A DNA stretch of 64,000 bases from Antedon mediterranea (taxonomy: Eukaryota; Animalia; Echinodermata), in contig NC_092674.1 in assembly GCF_964355755.1 (NCBI RefSeq), forward strand, positions 14,508,001 through 14,572,000. The letters run 5' to 3'. Position numbers and translations under genes: made by a program. Below, piece by piece: positions 14,172-28,609 of this stretch. Under the pieces are notes generated by a model. It worked only from the letters and a program-made list of their open reading frames with translations. It did not search any database and was not told where the DNA came from. The stretch's first letter is position 1; every line of letters begins with the position of its first letter.

Positions 14172-14940
14172 TCTATATATAAATTTACGTAAGGGCAAAA
14201 TTCGGTAAATCGCGCCTTACTTCTAGAATTTGTACTCGATGGTATATAAAGTTGGTTCGTACTTTCGGTACTGATTTTATCCACCTGATGTAACCCTGTT
14301 TACTAATTAAATTAAGTTAGATAATTAGTTATTGACGATTAAAACGAATTTAGGTTCAACGATTTGCCCCAAATAGGGGTGTTTTCCGATCGTGGTATAC
14401 ACTGTCTAATGGATGTCCATCTTGAAAAATACCCGCCACAAAAATGCGAGGAGGCTTCGCATTTTCCTATCTCCTCCTACGATAATTGTTTTTAATAGCT
14501 GAAAACCGGTTGAACAGCTAGAGTACACCATCATAATGTTGAAGACAGGCCGATTTTCTTTAAAAAAATACTATTTTGATAGATTTAATATACGATTATA
14601 CAAATGTATTGATTTGCGATGAATAGAACATTCCAATCTCTCAGTCTGCCAGAGTTTGGTTTAACACAAGTAGGTAAATTTATGAGCCCTTGGTTTAACA
14701 CACACGGTAGGTAGATATATGGGCCCTTTGAGAATAAGCATTTCTTACTGTGAATGTTCGTACTGTTAGATGTAATATAAAAATATATACAAATAAACTT
14801 TATTACTGAGATTGTGGATAGGCTCTACTGTTAGATATATAAACACATTATTATATACAAATAAACTTTATACTGACAGTTCCTTCTCAACGTTTGTATT
14901 AATTAATAATTACTAAAAATATAAACGTCGTAGTGGTGTC
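14172..14940 (+). repeat. Dispersed repeat, copy B
   Basis: Long reverse-complement match to 7561-8237; the last 55 bp match 7512-7564 in direct orientation. Confidence 0.9.
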
Positions 14941-15405
14941 GTGTACTTTAATATTTCAATCGATTATGACAGTGACAGTTTTAACAAAGTATTAAATCGC
15001 AAATGTTTTACTGTATTTAGATGTAGGCCTATATTATTTATAGGCCTATAAAACATGAAAGAAATATTTCGTTTCTGAGTGGATAAAGAATATATTTAAA
15101 AATTGTTCTTCTTTGTACCTATCCGCTTTCTCATCCCTCAACCCTAATGTTACATACAAAACACAAATTGGGTTTCTTTAAATGAGTCCAAATCAAAAAT
15201 TTGGACTCATTTTGTGATAAGTTTCTCCTTCGGAAGTAATTCCCAGGGTGCTAATTTTAGTTGACTACATAAATCATCGTGTCTATTTATTCGTTTCTGT
15301 AAACGACAATGTATTATACTGTAGTCCTGCGGTACGTACATTTGAAATCGCCAGTTTTGTTACGCTGAAATTACTGTGTATTCGAGAACCATCTGTGGGT
15401 GCGAC

Positions 15406-15442
15406 CTAGATGGTACGCGAGCGAAGCGAGCGTACCATCTAG
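15406..15442. repeat. GC-rich hairpin ending in CTAG, Helitron/Helentron-like terminus
   Basis: ctagatggtacgc-gagcgaagcga-gcgtaccatctag: 13-bp perfect arms, followed by TTT. Confidence 0.55.
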
Positions 15443-16844
15443 TTTACTTAATGCATCTTGATAAACAACTATTTCTAATGTAGATAGGTAAATCTGAACA
15501 CATTTTATTAACATTGTATTACCTGGAAATTTAAATGAAAAGCGTCTGGTATAAGTAAAGTAACACTGTGGTGGTTGTTGGACAAAATCTAATATTTCAC
15601 GAACAAACACGGCCTAAGACTACATCGATTTTCCGTTGTTTCTTTACTCCTCTAAAAATCTTTCCATATTAAAATAAGTTGATTGAATTTTTAAATATTT
15701 ATTTAATTCATTTCTTTGTTATGATTAATAACCAATTTATTTTTTAGAATCATGCTTAGCCGTTTCTCTCGTTGTTGTGTTTGTTGAGACGTGTTGATGG
15801 GATTTGCAGTAGCTAGTTAAAAATATCATTGTTAGTTTGTCACATAATTTGTGTGTAAACGCAAAAGGGAATTAACAGCAACTAGGAAGATAAAGTTGCA
15901 CTTTCTATGTTGATGTATGGTATTCACCAATATCTGTGATATGCACTGACAAAAAGATAAAGATAAAACTGCATTGAAAATGCAACCATTTCTATGTTCA
16001 TAAACAATGTAAATAATTATAGACATAACTATACAACATGTAATACAAAGACAGTTTCATTCTTGTTAGGATTTAGATTATTCTATGATTTATTACAAAC
16101 CAAGTAATTCCTTGTCATTTGATTCTTATCACGTGCTTTTGGGTATTTATTTTATCTATTTGTTATATAAAAATAACCAAAAAACAAATGGCAAAATTAA
16201 TTCACCAATAACAGGAGGGTCAACATACAAATACAGGAAGGGGTACATAATTATATACAATGATATAGTGCTTATAATATAATCATATAAAGTAGCAACA
16301 ACTATTATGATAAACTTGAAACGTTATTCCTAAACTGATTCAATGAATATAACAAAAATATCTAGACTGTTGTCTTTGATTAAAGAGTTAACTATAGGCC
16401 TATAATTAAAGATTACTTTAAACGTTAAAGTTGTAAACATTTTTAAGATCTTAGTTGTGCGACGCGATAAGTTGGTAAATAAACCAGAAAACCAACTTGT
16501 ATAAAGCATGATCAATCAATCCAGCGTTTAAATCCTACAGACGCCTTTTTTATTCGATTCTCACCTAAGACCAAGGTGATAGATTAGTTGAATAACAATT
16601 TACTTTAGAAGAATATTGCATTTATGTAAATATCGAGGAACAGTGAATTTCCCTGGTTGAATGGGAAGAATATTTTCATGAACGATTAACTTTTATACTT
16701 ATTGAGGTGTAGCTGAGTTGAATATAACAGGTATGTTTTCAATCTTCTCCCATTCAACTCAACGCATAATTATTATAGATGAACAGGATTTATGGTATGT
16801 AGGTATGATGATGTTAATGTTTGTTATGCTTGACGATACTATTA

Positions 16845-16900
16845 ATGATGAGGATGATGATGATGATGATGACGATGATGATGATGATGATGATGATAAT
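16845..16900. repeat. (GAT)n microsatellite
   Basis: Seen directly; it explains the poly-D and poly-S ORFs. Confidence 0.95.
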
Positions 16901-18150
16901 GCTACAATGATAATGATGCTACAATGATAATTATACTTATTTTTTTGAAAATATACAAGATTAAGAAGCTCGAGAAGCGGGCTAGAATATAATGTAAGTG
17001 AAGCTAAAGAAGAGAAGGGTCGATGTTGGCGACAGTAATTTTTATAATATATAATCTTCTCAAAAAGCACACAATCACCTTCGTCATATGCTAACATGAG
17101 TAATACTTAACGTTCTGAACAAATATTACTGTCCATTGTACTATATTTTGGGAATAGGCAAATATTTACATAAAGAAAATTTTGAAATTCCATCAACTCT
17201 GCCCATTCGAAACGAATTAATTTCAGTTTTTACATTTTGTATATATAAATCCTCCATAATATATAAAGAACTAGAAACGACAGAAAAAAAAGAATCTACA
17301 AATATTTGGAGTCTATTTAAAAATGAAATTATAAACCTCATAAATAATGAGTATTCGTATAACTTTTATACTGCTGATCAGAAATGGAAAAATAGTAAAG
17401 ACAAGATATTTGACTTATTGAATAATTAAAATATATATTTGCTGGAGATCTCTCTCCCTACGATTTACAATTGTATTTTATATTTGTGTGACATATGCTG
17501 TATAAGTTTTAATATAAGTGTGTAGCCCTTTTTTATTTCAAGTGATTTTAAATGTAACCCTTGATTATGTTTCTAGAAAATGTTAATAATTTATATGAAA
17601 TCCGCAATATTCAACATGTTTGTATATATATTGTATGTAGGTCATAAGTAAATGTTTTTAATAATTGTAAATTTTTTTTTATTCACTTTTAAATATACTA
17701 TGTCATTAAAATAAAACACGTTTTAACAATAATCACAAATATGTACGCGTCACTTGCATGTGACAAGAAAAATGGAGAACATGACCTTTGTTTTTAATTT
17801 TTACTGCAAACTGAAATAAAAGTGGGACGAGCCCATAAAAGACACACAAAAAAACTCTGCCCATTCGAACTATGTATTCAATTGTGAAAATTTTTATAAG
17901 CTTCATAAATTGCAATGTTATAATTACAGTACAATTACATTGAAAACTTGTTTAGGCAATTTGACCTCATTTTCTGATCCCATTCACGCCACTCACTCCC
18001 CACAAAAATAAATGAAATTTTTCTACCGCATCAATATTCTAACACATATTTAATATAATAATTATATTATTTGATTTCAATCATTGATCAAGTTACAGTA
18101 TAATTATGTGTTAGGTTAATGCGTTTTATTACCGGTATATTATTAAGAAG

Positions 18151-18269
18151 ACAGCGTAGGGACCTTAATAGAGGTGTCCCCATTCAGAGGACAGCGTAGG
18201 GACCTTAATAGAGGTGTCCCCATTCAGAGGACAGCGTAGGGACCTTAATAGAGGTGTCCCCATTCAGAG
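18151..18269. repeat. 40-bp tandem repeat, 3 copies
   Basis: acagcgtagggaccttaatagaggtgtccccattcagagg x3; the core taatagaggtgtcccc recurs near 18536. Confidence 0.95.
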
Positions 18270-19718
18270 ATCACTAGCAATAAAAAAAACCAAAAGAAAC
18301 AATATTATAACACAATGAACAACAATTGATCTGGACTTTGAAATTGAAAAGAATTTGAAATTTAGTAGCCAACGTTTCAACAATGAAAAATATAAATAAA
18401 TATAATTAATCAAATAAAATTATTTGGTCTTTTTTTATTGTTTTTTTTTTTATTTTGTGATTTGCGGAAAATGTTGTCCTCTTCATAAGGATTGAATCAA
18501 CCTTTATGCACACTAAAAATTGTCCCTATCCCCTGTAATAGAGGTGTCCCCAAGTAGGGTTTACCGTATGTGTTATTTATTAAGGGTGTCACAAAAGAGA
18601 GGTTCTTGAAAACCTACAATGTATACATAATGGAAATGGTAACTGTACTGAAAATGATAGAGCTTGACAGCACATACAAATTGTATAGGCCTATTAGTAA
18701 TAATAACCGATATATATTCCGTGTAGGCTAACTTTAACTATATAAACGAGATATGGAACGGAAATAGAAAGCACTGATTTGTTGGTATTGCAACTACTTA
18801 ACACCTTACGCGTGTTAAAATCTCCCGTGGGCATCAATTTAAGATCTAGGTAAATTTGTCAGATTAAAATTATTATTGAGTTGCTGAGTTAGTTAGAAAT
18901 TACACATTAACCCACTAACCTCAGGATATTTAGTTATTAACGTATTAATGCATCTTTAGGAAAAGAAAATGAAACTGGCTCAAGTAATCAAGCCCTTAGC
19001 CCAGATCAGTAAATCACTTTTGTTGGGGTTTTTTTTTTCGTTCTCATTTTCCGATTCGTGGCCAATATTCGAAATGTTGAAAATAAAGTTGAATGTCAAT
19101 TTTCAGAAAATAGTATTGTGTAAAATACTGTTAACTCTAAACTTGTATATTGTCACTCAAACATGAATAAATGAAGACTAATTAAAATCATACTTTTAAC
19201 AGGCCATTTTGCAGTTATTAAAGTTATTAAATTGTTTAAAGTTATTTAAATCTGTAGAAGAAAAAAACAATAACAATTATTATTTAACTTATAAAGAGAC
19301 AAAATAATAATTGATTCATTCATTTGGCCAAATGAAATTACAAGAAAATGCAACAAAATTAGAAATAGGAGATAGTAGTTTAAACCTTCCACTAAAAACA
19401 GAAAACATTTAAATAAAGTATATTTAGACAATAAATAAACGGTTACCAAACGATTTCGGTTGAGAATAATTTTATAGTTTAATTTTTGCTCAAATTTTTT
19501 GTCGAAGTGAATAAATATTTTAATAGCGTGACATTGCTATGTAATATTCATCAACAAAAACATAGTTGTATCTTCAGGGCGATCTTTGATTGATAATTTA
19601 GGTGATCTAGCCTATTGTTTTTATTTTGTCTTTCGTTTCTTTTCTTTTCTGATTAAAAATATTTTAATGAAAATTTATCTGTTTTTATTCATGTTTTTAT
19701 GGGGGGTTTTTCCACAAC

Positions 19719-20320
19719 TATACCTGCCGTATATTTCGAGCGAGGGTGTATTTTAGCAATATCTACGTGTTTGTCTGTTAGCAGGATAATGTAAAAACTA
19801 AACGACAAAAATCTTATTCAAAACACATTCAACAGGTATAATATGGTTACGGAAGATTCCTTACATTTTGAGTCAATCCGGAACAGGATCCAACTTCTGG
19901 ACCACTTTTATTATTTTATTATTTTTAGGCCGTACGTCAAAACTACAAGACGGATCTTTACCACATTTAGCCTAAACCACAGATAAATATATGGCGATCA
20001 CAGAAGATTACATTTTGGAAGCAATCTGGTACGTGGACCCAGATCCTAATTTTTAACCACGTTTTAATATTTTAACCATTTTAGACGGATATATCTACAA
20101 ATCCTCCAATTCTGGACCACTTTTAGTTGATGAGATGACGGCAAATATTGTTATATTAAAATTATGTAGTTTTCAGTTGGTGATCAATATTATACCGTAC
20201 ATAATGACGCCATGTTTGGCCTATACTTTAGTTCGGTATTTCAAACAATAGAAATTTAAACGGTGCTTAATAATTTTTTTATTTAATTTTCGAGGTCAGC
20301 CTTGGCGGAGGTATGCAATT
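19719..20320 (+). mobile_element. Degraded Helentron-associated (HINE-like) element
   Basis: 5' tacctgccg...gtttgtctgttagcaggataat, internal ggatcc-rich repeats, and 3' subterminal ccttggcggaggtatgca typical of this family (recall). Confidence 0.5.
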
Positions 20321-20580
20321 TATGGTTGTATTGTTATTATATTTACTGCTACTAAACAATGATAATGATGCCACAAACATCTACCAGCATTTTAAGATTA
20401 TTAAATATATGAAACCAAATGACATACTCCAGTTAATTCGACCGTACATCAACGAATCATAAACTAACATTAGGAAGTAATTTACTGTTACAATGTTTAG
20501 TTGACAGTTTGTCTGCATTGTATGATTTACTTTATTATGTTCTACGGATTATTCTTTATTTGAAATGAATTAATGAATAT

Positions 20581-20645
20581 GTAATATCGACATGTAGAAC
20601 TAGTCGTATATTCAATATTTGACTAGTTCTACGTGTCGGTATTAC
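20581..20645. repeat. Near-perfect 65-bp palindrome
   Basis: gtaatatcgacatgtagaactagtc ... gactagttctacgtgtcggtattac (23 of 25 positions pair). Confidence 0.9.
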
Positions 20646-21553
20646 CCACACCTATATCCATATTTAAAGACTATAACTATACAGTTAAAATGGAAATAAT
20701 TAGGGCTATATTTGAATAATCTATAGAAGAATTGAATAAAATCTGAAATAAAAAGTAAACAAAATTGTCTCTCTAGGCACATCTCTTGCCAAACCCTATA
20801 TTCAGAGAACAATTTAAGAATATCCCTATTACTACTACTTTGTTACTACTTTGCTACTTTGTTGGACCTCGAATGTTAATTTTTTAATCGTTTTTCTACA
20901 AAACAGTATATTGTAAACTTCCACTCATTACTCATAATGTTACATCATTACACAGACCATAACAATAGTAAAAAGATTGATTTTTACTTACTTTTTTTCT
21001 TAATCTCGTATTATATATATATACACCTTTAGAACAATACTATGAAAATGACTATTCAAATTCACCCTTTTCACATTTGACTATAGCCACACAATGTGGA
21101 TTCACATACATGGTACTGAGGGTAGATATGCATATACTGTTTAAAACTGTTGGCCTAATGGTAGGAACATCTACTCTAATTCTACTCTACTTTAAAACAT
21201 ATTTCCAACTGTCCACTTAAAATTATTTTTGTATGTATTTACAAATAATATCATGTTAATATTCGTCATATATAATAACAATGTTCTATATAATCGTTTT
21301 CTTAACTATCTTCATATCATTGATGGGATAGGCCGGAAGCACAGACTTAAGTTGAATAGAAGATTTTTTTATTGCTATGAGATAACTAATAAATACCGGT
21401 ACAATATACAATTTCAACAATTGGTAATAATGTATAATATGAAAAAAACACTTGAATTAATCTCTTTATAGCTAAAAAAACTACATCTATTGAATGCATT
21501 TGTGATAAACAAAAAACATTACAATTATGCAATAATACATTTAAAATACGTAC

Positions 21554-21645
21554 CATATGTTGACAAGATTCAAGAATTGATTAGGCCTATGTAGCTGATC
21601 GTGTGTAGATGTGAGGTCAAACAGTTAGTGCTGTTTCCTTTTATA
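21554..21645 (-). promoter_or_regulatory. Candidate TATA promoter and non-coding first exon of gene 1
   Basis: Minus strand: TATAAAAG at 21645-21638, Inr-like TCACATC about 33 nt downstream, donor ATG|gtacgt at 21554. Gene 1 needs an upstream exon because of the acceptor at 12233. The link is inferred. Confidence 0.45.
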
Positions 21646-22651
21646 GTTACGCCCTGTGTCCTTATCCTCAGGTAAACAAATATCGATGCATGATTGATAA
21701 CGTATATTTACCATTTGCTACTTGTCACACGGTTCTTTCAATGGATTTGAAACCTTCGGAATCGAGCTTAAATATAGTATGGACGCCTACATAAATAAGC
21801 GACGTACAGTATTATATATGTATATTTTAGCACATGATCAATGTAATTTTTGGACAACTTTAAAACAAATTAGTATGAAACAAATGATTATCAATAAAAA
21901 CGATTCATTCACAGGCAATGAATCTAATCAATTTACAGTAATTCCTAAATAAGTAGTTAATAAACCCACTCGTTCAAAATGAGACGATACTCAAATCGCA
22001 AAGTCATTAGTTATATTCTTTACGGATTTATACGTCATTAAAACACACTGTTAATTATATTAACATCGGAAGGAGTTATGGATCAGGCAGATAGATATTA
22101 TTCTACACTTTATCACCATTATCTGTGTCCATGTATGATATTATATTTCCGTGTAAACATCCAGAACAAAAATAACTGAACGTCAACCAGAAACCAAACT
22201 GGCAGCTGATCCTCCGTCTGCGCAGATCGAGGATTATCAACACTCACTAATCAAGGTTATTTACATTAACATTTTTCTAAGTCGTGGCCCAATGATTTTC
22301 CCGATAGGGTCCCAAGTACGCAAAATAAGAAATACATTGACTGGGGCTATTAAAGGGAGTCGGAGGCAAATTTCCTTTAAAAGGCAACATTAGTCGCTTT
22401 TAAAGCAAACAATCCTAGGGTATTGTTTTATTTCTTTCAAGAAATATATATTTTGTTCAGCGGCCACCTCACCGGCCAATCATTCCTAACTTAGAGTCAC
22501 CATCTATCGATAAATACGTAAATATAGTACTTGAAAGATTGGAGGTACATTGTGGGGTACGTGCTTATGAAACTTTAGTTCATCAGAAGTTCAGTCCTAC
22601 AATGTCCGTCTCTCTCTTTGAATCCGGCTACACAAGCAAATGTAACATTAA

Positions 22652-22867
22652 AGGGGCATTCACACCTGTTCCGTTTCACGGAACGGAGAACGGCACCGTT
22701 TTGTTAGAAAATCAAAGAGCGTTCAAACAATAGCAGCGTTTACACCAAATCCGTTCCGTGAAAAATGAACGGCCGGTGAAAAACAACGGAACGGACAGAT
22801 CGCTCATAACTTGATAGAAACGTTGCCGTCTTTCGTCCCGCAAAACGGAACAGGTGTGAATGCCCCT
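22652..22867. mobile_element. Intact PIF/Harbinger (Tourist-like) MITE
   Basis: Perfect 25-bp TIR aggggcattcacacctgttccgttt; TAA target duplication at 22649-22651 and 22868-22870. Confidence 0.9.
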
Positions 22868-23119
22868 TAACAGCGTTCCGATGTTTACGTTCACTACTAC
22901 GCATACTTGCCACATCCATCAGTATTCTGAGAAATACCACATTTACCAGTGCCATACCCGGATTAATATTAAGGTGTGATCAGGAAAAGGCGTTATTGTT
23001 TTCAATACACAGTTTTCAAAGTTTATAATAATTATATTTATTACAATTGCTAGATGTTGAGTTTATTATGTTAGGTGGTTAAAGTTAATGGACGTGTAAA
23101 ACCACCGTACTGTATCTAA

Positions 23120-23808
23120 GGTCGTGTTCGTACGGTGGTTAAAATAAGCGCTTAATTTCACCCATGCCTCGGGTTATAAATTTAGCGTTGTTCGTACTTG
23201 AAATATTTAACCGCTTAAATGCTTAATCGACGAATCACAAACCGGAAATTACGTTTTAAGGTCAGTTGTCTTTACAACCTACGACCCCATTTTCGCACGC
23301 TAGTTTCGTGTTGTATATTTTTTACTCGCGATCTTTCTTTACAATAACAATTACTTGCTACCTTTTACACTGCTTATCCTTGCGACAAACCTTATGCCTC
23401 TTAACGCCGATAATCCTGCCGAAATATGCCTTCTCCTGACGACCATTATTTTACTCATTGACGAAGAATTTGAGCCCAATGTTACACGACGGAAACACCA
23501 CCGACCAGCAGCTCCCCGACCAGCTAGGCCTACTAAGCGGTCTACACCAACAAGGACAGCACCAGCTGACGATCGCTCTCGAAGCGTGTATGGAAGAGCT
23601 TCGTAGGAGAAATGACGGGCCTAGGCAGCGAACGTTTGTCAAAATTTGACACATTGCCTCTATCGGAGATTTATTATCCTCGAAGGCCGAGTATAATTGG
23701 ATTATCGCTGAAATAACCTGCAAATTTGGTGAACATCCAAAAGTTAATTGGATCACGCGAACGGAAATCGGGAATAAGCTGGTATTTTCAACCCCTACGA
23801 ACAGGCCC
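23120..23808. mobile_element. PIF/Harbinger non-autonomous element with GC-richer interior
   Basis: TAA|ggtcgtgttcgtac ... ctacgaacaggccc|TAA; imperfect TIR of about 35 bp. Confidence 0.65.
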
Positions 23809-25621
23809 TAAATAACATGATTATATAATTATCCTTGGCATCTATACTAAGCTTAAGTAATAAACGGTATCCTAAAACGTTTTTGCAAAAACGACAGTCA
23901 ATCTATTCTTACCAAAAAATCCAGATCACTTTATTATAAAATACAACAGATTACTTAATTACAAAATAATGACTGCAGTTATTACAATATACGACAATTT
24001 TTACAAAAATACGACTTAAAATCCGTCTCCTTTTTTCATGAATTCGTAAAAATATGGCTACACTAGCAAAACGTAATAATACTGTTTTGATTTTTACCTT
24101 CGCTACTAGGCATGCTTCCCGAAACCATCAGGTATTCCGAGAACATCACATGTATTTAGGTGTGATCATATTATCAGGAAACGGAATTGTGTTTTATCGT
24201 TTATAATCCAGAGCAATGTATAATTTTATTTCCTTTAAAAGTTTACTCAGAGCTGATGCTCTATACTAGTATTACTGAATACTAAAATTGTTTGCAAAGT
24301 TGGAGAAAGTTAGCGCGTTACTCACTTCCAGGACTTTCAAAGGTAACACACAGAATACCTTTCTTTACCCCCAAATTGAATATTTCATATCGACAACGAA
24401 CTGTCTGCATTATCATGTGTCCGTTGACACCTCCTAACAGCCATCCGGCATTTCTCCACCCAGTCTTTCGACCTATTGCCAACCGGCCAATTACCACCCT
24501 GTCCCTTTTGCCATCCAGCTTCCAGCCACATGTGCTTGCCACCTCACCTTTTGCCACCAGTCCTTTTGCCACCAGATCGGAGAGTGTCATTGATTTTATC
24601 AGCAATTAAAAAAACATGTTCTCTTATTTAAAATTATAATAAAATAGACGCATTTTATATCAGTTGTCTGCAAGAAAAAAATGTATTGAATGTTTTTCAG
24701 AAACAAAAATAATTTAAGTTAATAGATTATTATACTATGGTTTAGATCCAGAAATGTAAAGTTTATTTATAATTTATAACGATAACGATGAGTTGAAATG
24801 TAACCCACGTTGCGTCCACTTGTTTTGCATTTATCATCTAAATAAATTTATTCAATTTATACCGATTTTGTTACTGTGCGGTTTTAAATCTCAATTTTCA
24901 TCAGGACAAACATTCTATGCTATGCAGCATCTTCAATTGCATGTGTAAACAATTCAAAACGACTATTTAATTAACATTAGCATTTTAACTTGACATGTGA
25001 CAATAAAATGACACATTCAAAAACGAATTTGAAATAAAATATTTTTCAGAGGGACAATATATCTTTAAAACTGTTACGTCAATAAGCGAGCAGCGTTTTT
25101 TGTAAAAAATATTTCTTGTTACACATGTATAACTTGATACAATTTTTAAATGACATAATTTCACATGGCTCAACACATTGAGCGTGTTAACAAGTTGCTA
25201 CTATGAGTAATATTCCATTATTATGGTATTGGGGATGTCTGCGTAACAAACAGAAGACACCGAGTATCTAAACTCGAATTCTTCTGCTTGATACGCAAAC
25301 TTAACAATATTGGTGGTGGTATGGGAGACTTTTCTTTCTTGGTACATGTGTCTTATATCCCGAGAACCAATAATGCTAGAGAGTTGATTTTTTGTAATCT
25401 AAAATGTACATATTTATTATTTACTCTAAGTAATTTTTTTTCGGAAAAAAAAAATGTTTGGCCTGAAATATGACACTTGACCCTCAACACTATTTCTCAA
25501 TATTTGTATATACAGTATAATGCAACTAAAATGCCTGTAGATTTATTATTTTGTATACCTTATTTATAGAGGGTGACCCTAAACAGCGTATGCTGACAAT
25601 CAAGGGGCCCTATTGATGAGT

Positions 25622-25690
25622 AACAGTGACTGTGTGTATAATAGTACACTGGGGTAACCCCCACTCGTTTCGAAAGATGTACTAGGTTTT
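25622..25690 (-). mobile_element. Deu-SINE fragment
   Basis: tacactggggtaacccccactcgtttcgaaagatgtactaggtt matches about 42243-42288. Confidence 0.75.
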
Positions 25691-28044
25691 TTGTTAGCCT
25701 CAAATGACTCGGATACAGGTTTCCAATAACCAGCATAGAACCGCTTTGCAATTTCCAAAATCACATCTTCGTCACGCACCTCGAAATTATGCAAATTAGT
25801 AGTACAAGTCACATGAATTATGCAATTTAGCCTTGTGAAATTACAGCGTTTCCATCTCAACACGTTAACCGCTAACGCTGGAAAGTTGACTTTTCACAAA
25901 CTTGTTCAGAATGTACATAATTGTATTTGTTCCAATGAAAAAATAAATATCCTAAAAAATTACATTTGACCCTTGGCCCAATTTCATGGTTTTGTTTCTG
26001 GCTCAAATGAATCGGATGCTGTTTTCCAAACATCACAACTTTGCTACGCATCTCAAATGTATGCAAATTAGTAAAATACGTTATATGAAATAACCAAATT
26101 CCACTGTTTCCATATCTCGAAATCGCTAATGCTAAATGTAATTACTAATTTTCATACCTTCTCTCTTTAAATATTGATTTTTTACCGTGGTATACTTATA
26201 CAATTACTAATTGATATGTACGTAAGTGACTTGGGGTGATATGGTTAATTTTCATTGAAGCGATAATTCGTAGAAATTTTTGTAAGTGGGTAAACTTGAC
26301 AAACAATCACATGAGTTGACAACTCCTCAAATTGTGACACTGTGGCATGCTGATTGACGGAATTAAGTTGTTATTAACTAAATCTTATTTTTAATAGTTT
26401 TCCGCTCATATGAAAAGATTAAGGCGCCGTCGTAAAACATATTGCAGAGACGCATTGATTGCTCTAGTAATTCAGTAAGGAGGACAACTTATTTTCTACT
26501 TGTACGTTGAACTTGACACGCTTTTGAAACTGATTAAGTATTTTTATTTTGATCATAAGTAGGCCTACCTAGGTTATTAATAATATGTTGTATTTCTACT
26601 TACATTGAAAACATAAAAATAATCAAATACATCAGATATATATCTATTTAGCGCCTTGAGCACTTTTAGTGGATATGTGTGCTATATAATTTGTTATATT
26701 ATATTATATATTATAATTATTATATCATTACACCAAATTATTTGTTAATGTGCACACACGAAGAGCAAACATCACAAACAGATTGTTTTTCTGTTACTAA
26801 TGTAACGTATGCCATAGATGACTTACAGTAGTACCGTACCAACTATAGTACCGAAATTGAATTATTTGTTAACTAAAATATCTATTTACTGTATTGTGTA
26901 TACAGATAAATGAAATGTATCGATTAACGTTTGAATGTTTATTAGATGAATTAAAATCGTATACAGATCCTCGTATACGCTAATAAACCAGTTCAAATTT
27001 ACTTTCAAGTATTTAGCTTACTTTACTTTTAAGACTTCAGCGAAATAGAAAACAAAATTAATCATAATCAATATGTCAACAAGACTTCCAAATTATCCAA
27101 CATCAATATTTTTAGTTACGAGGTTACACGTCTTTTATTCAAAGTTTACTGAAACATTTAATTTAAGTTTTCATGTTTATCTGTATACGCTTAATAACTT
27201 GATAACATAGCCTACTGCTATTATGACGATATTTTGTGAAGTTTAAGACAAGTTTGACTGCATCACTATATTACTGATTGACTTTGCAACGTGAAAGTCA
27301 ATTAATGTTTTTATATTAGACCCACACATTTATCATAAATAAGTATATACTTATCCCTTTTAGCAGTTTCCACATTAATACAAAGATAGGGAATCAAATT
27401 TATATATTCTCAAAAGTTAATTAAATTGAAAGAATTGAATTAATATTTTTTATTTTTTAGATACTATAACGTTTAGCTTAATCAAAACGGGATAAGTTAT
27501 GTATATTTATAATAATTATATTTGTCAGTAGAAGTGAACTACAATATTGCTCTATGATGCATTAGTATGTTTATATAAAGTAATTAAACGAATAAGTATA
27601 ATAATGAATTGTTGAAATTGACTTAGACCTCAACATAATACTTTAATAAAACAGATTATTTATTCATATTTATCACAATCAAGTCATTTGTATAAACCGT
27701 TTATTAAATGGATACAGTAATTTTGGTTTTATTTCCCTAAAACGTTAAATATATTTGATTTAATCAAATTAAATACTGTTGTAACAATGTACAAAGTACA
27801 CAGACAACAACTTCCTCCTATTCAACGGTATTTTAATCATCCATAACTAAGTTACCAGCAGAATCATTTTAATATAAATCTATCTTTATTTAAAAAAGAG
27901 GCAAATAAAAATCCGTAGCAGCCAAAAAAGCTGGATTAAAGATTTTTTACAAAAGGGTTTTAATTAACAACATCAATTACAAATTCACATAAAAATAAAT
28001 TTAAAAAAAACATAAGCAGCAAAATTAAAAGCCAAGAGAATAAA

Positions 28045-28440
28045 AACAAGGCCATATACATGGCTGCAGTCGCGTGCTCAAGTTAGTTTTTACCGACCAA
28101 CCTACCGACCGACCAACCGACCGAAATTTTTAATTTACACGTGCGTAGCCTGTCACTTTTGACGTGCTCGTATAACGTAATTTCGAGTTGGAAAGTGAAT
28201 CAAATATGATGACATTATTAAAGAAATGTTGTAAAACAGAAATCGGGCAAAAAGAGTGCGTATTAACGTTTAACGTGCAGTCATGCAGATGAAGATATGA
28301 TTACAAGCGTGATTCGTTAAATCGTACGTAGACCGCGTAATTTGTTATTGCGCACCGTGAAAAACATTCATTCATTCATACAGGCCATATACAAGTTAGT
28401 GTTTACCGACCGACCAACCGACCGACATAGTGAGCTGTAG
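28045..28440 (-). mobile_element. HINE/DINE-1-like element, internally deleted copy
   Basis: Reverse complement of the 34179-34909 family (aacaaggccatat...gcagtcgcgtgct, (accg)n, tcacttttgacgtgctcgtataacgtaatttcgagttg). Confidence 0.85.
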
Positions 28441-28609
28441 CTGTAGTAAAAATGTGTGACGAACAAATTAAGGATTACTCATACTAGTTACATATGGAAG
28501 TGGGCTATTATTATATCTTGATGATGCGACACCAGATTGTTAATATTTTTTCACAGTCCTAACATTCATAGTGTGGGTGGAGTTCGGCAATGGAAACCAA
28601 TGGGAGAAT

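Noticed and set aside
16718-17097. Poly-Asp and poly-Ser ORFs
   Set aside because: Artefact of the (GAT)n microsatellite.
17136-17429. 97-aa ORF as a host gene
   Set aside because: AT-rich with no exon partners; at most the end of an L1/Tx1-like retrotransposon, which I cannot confirm.
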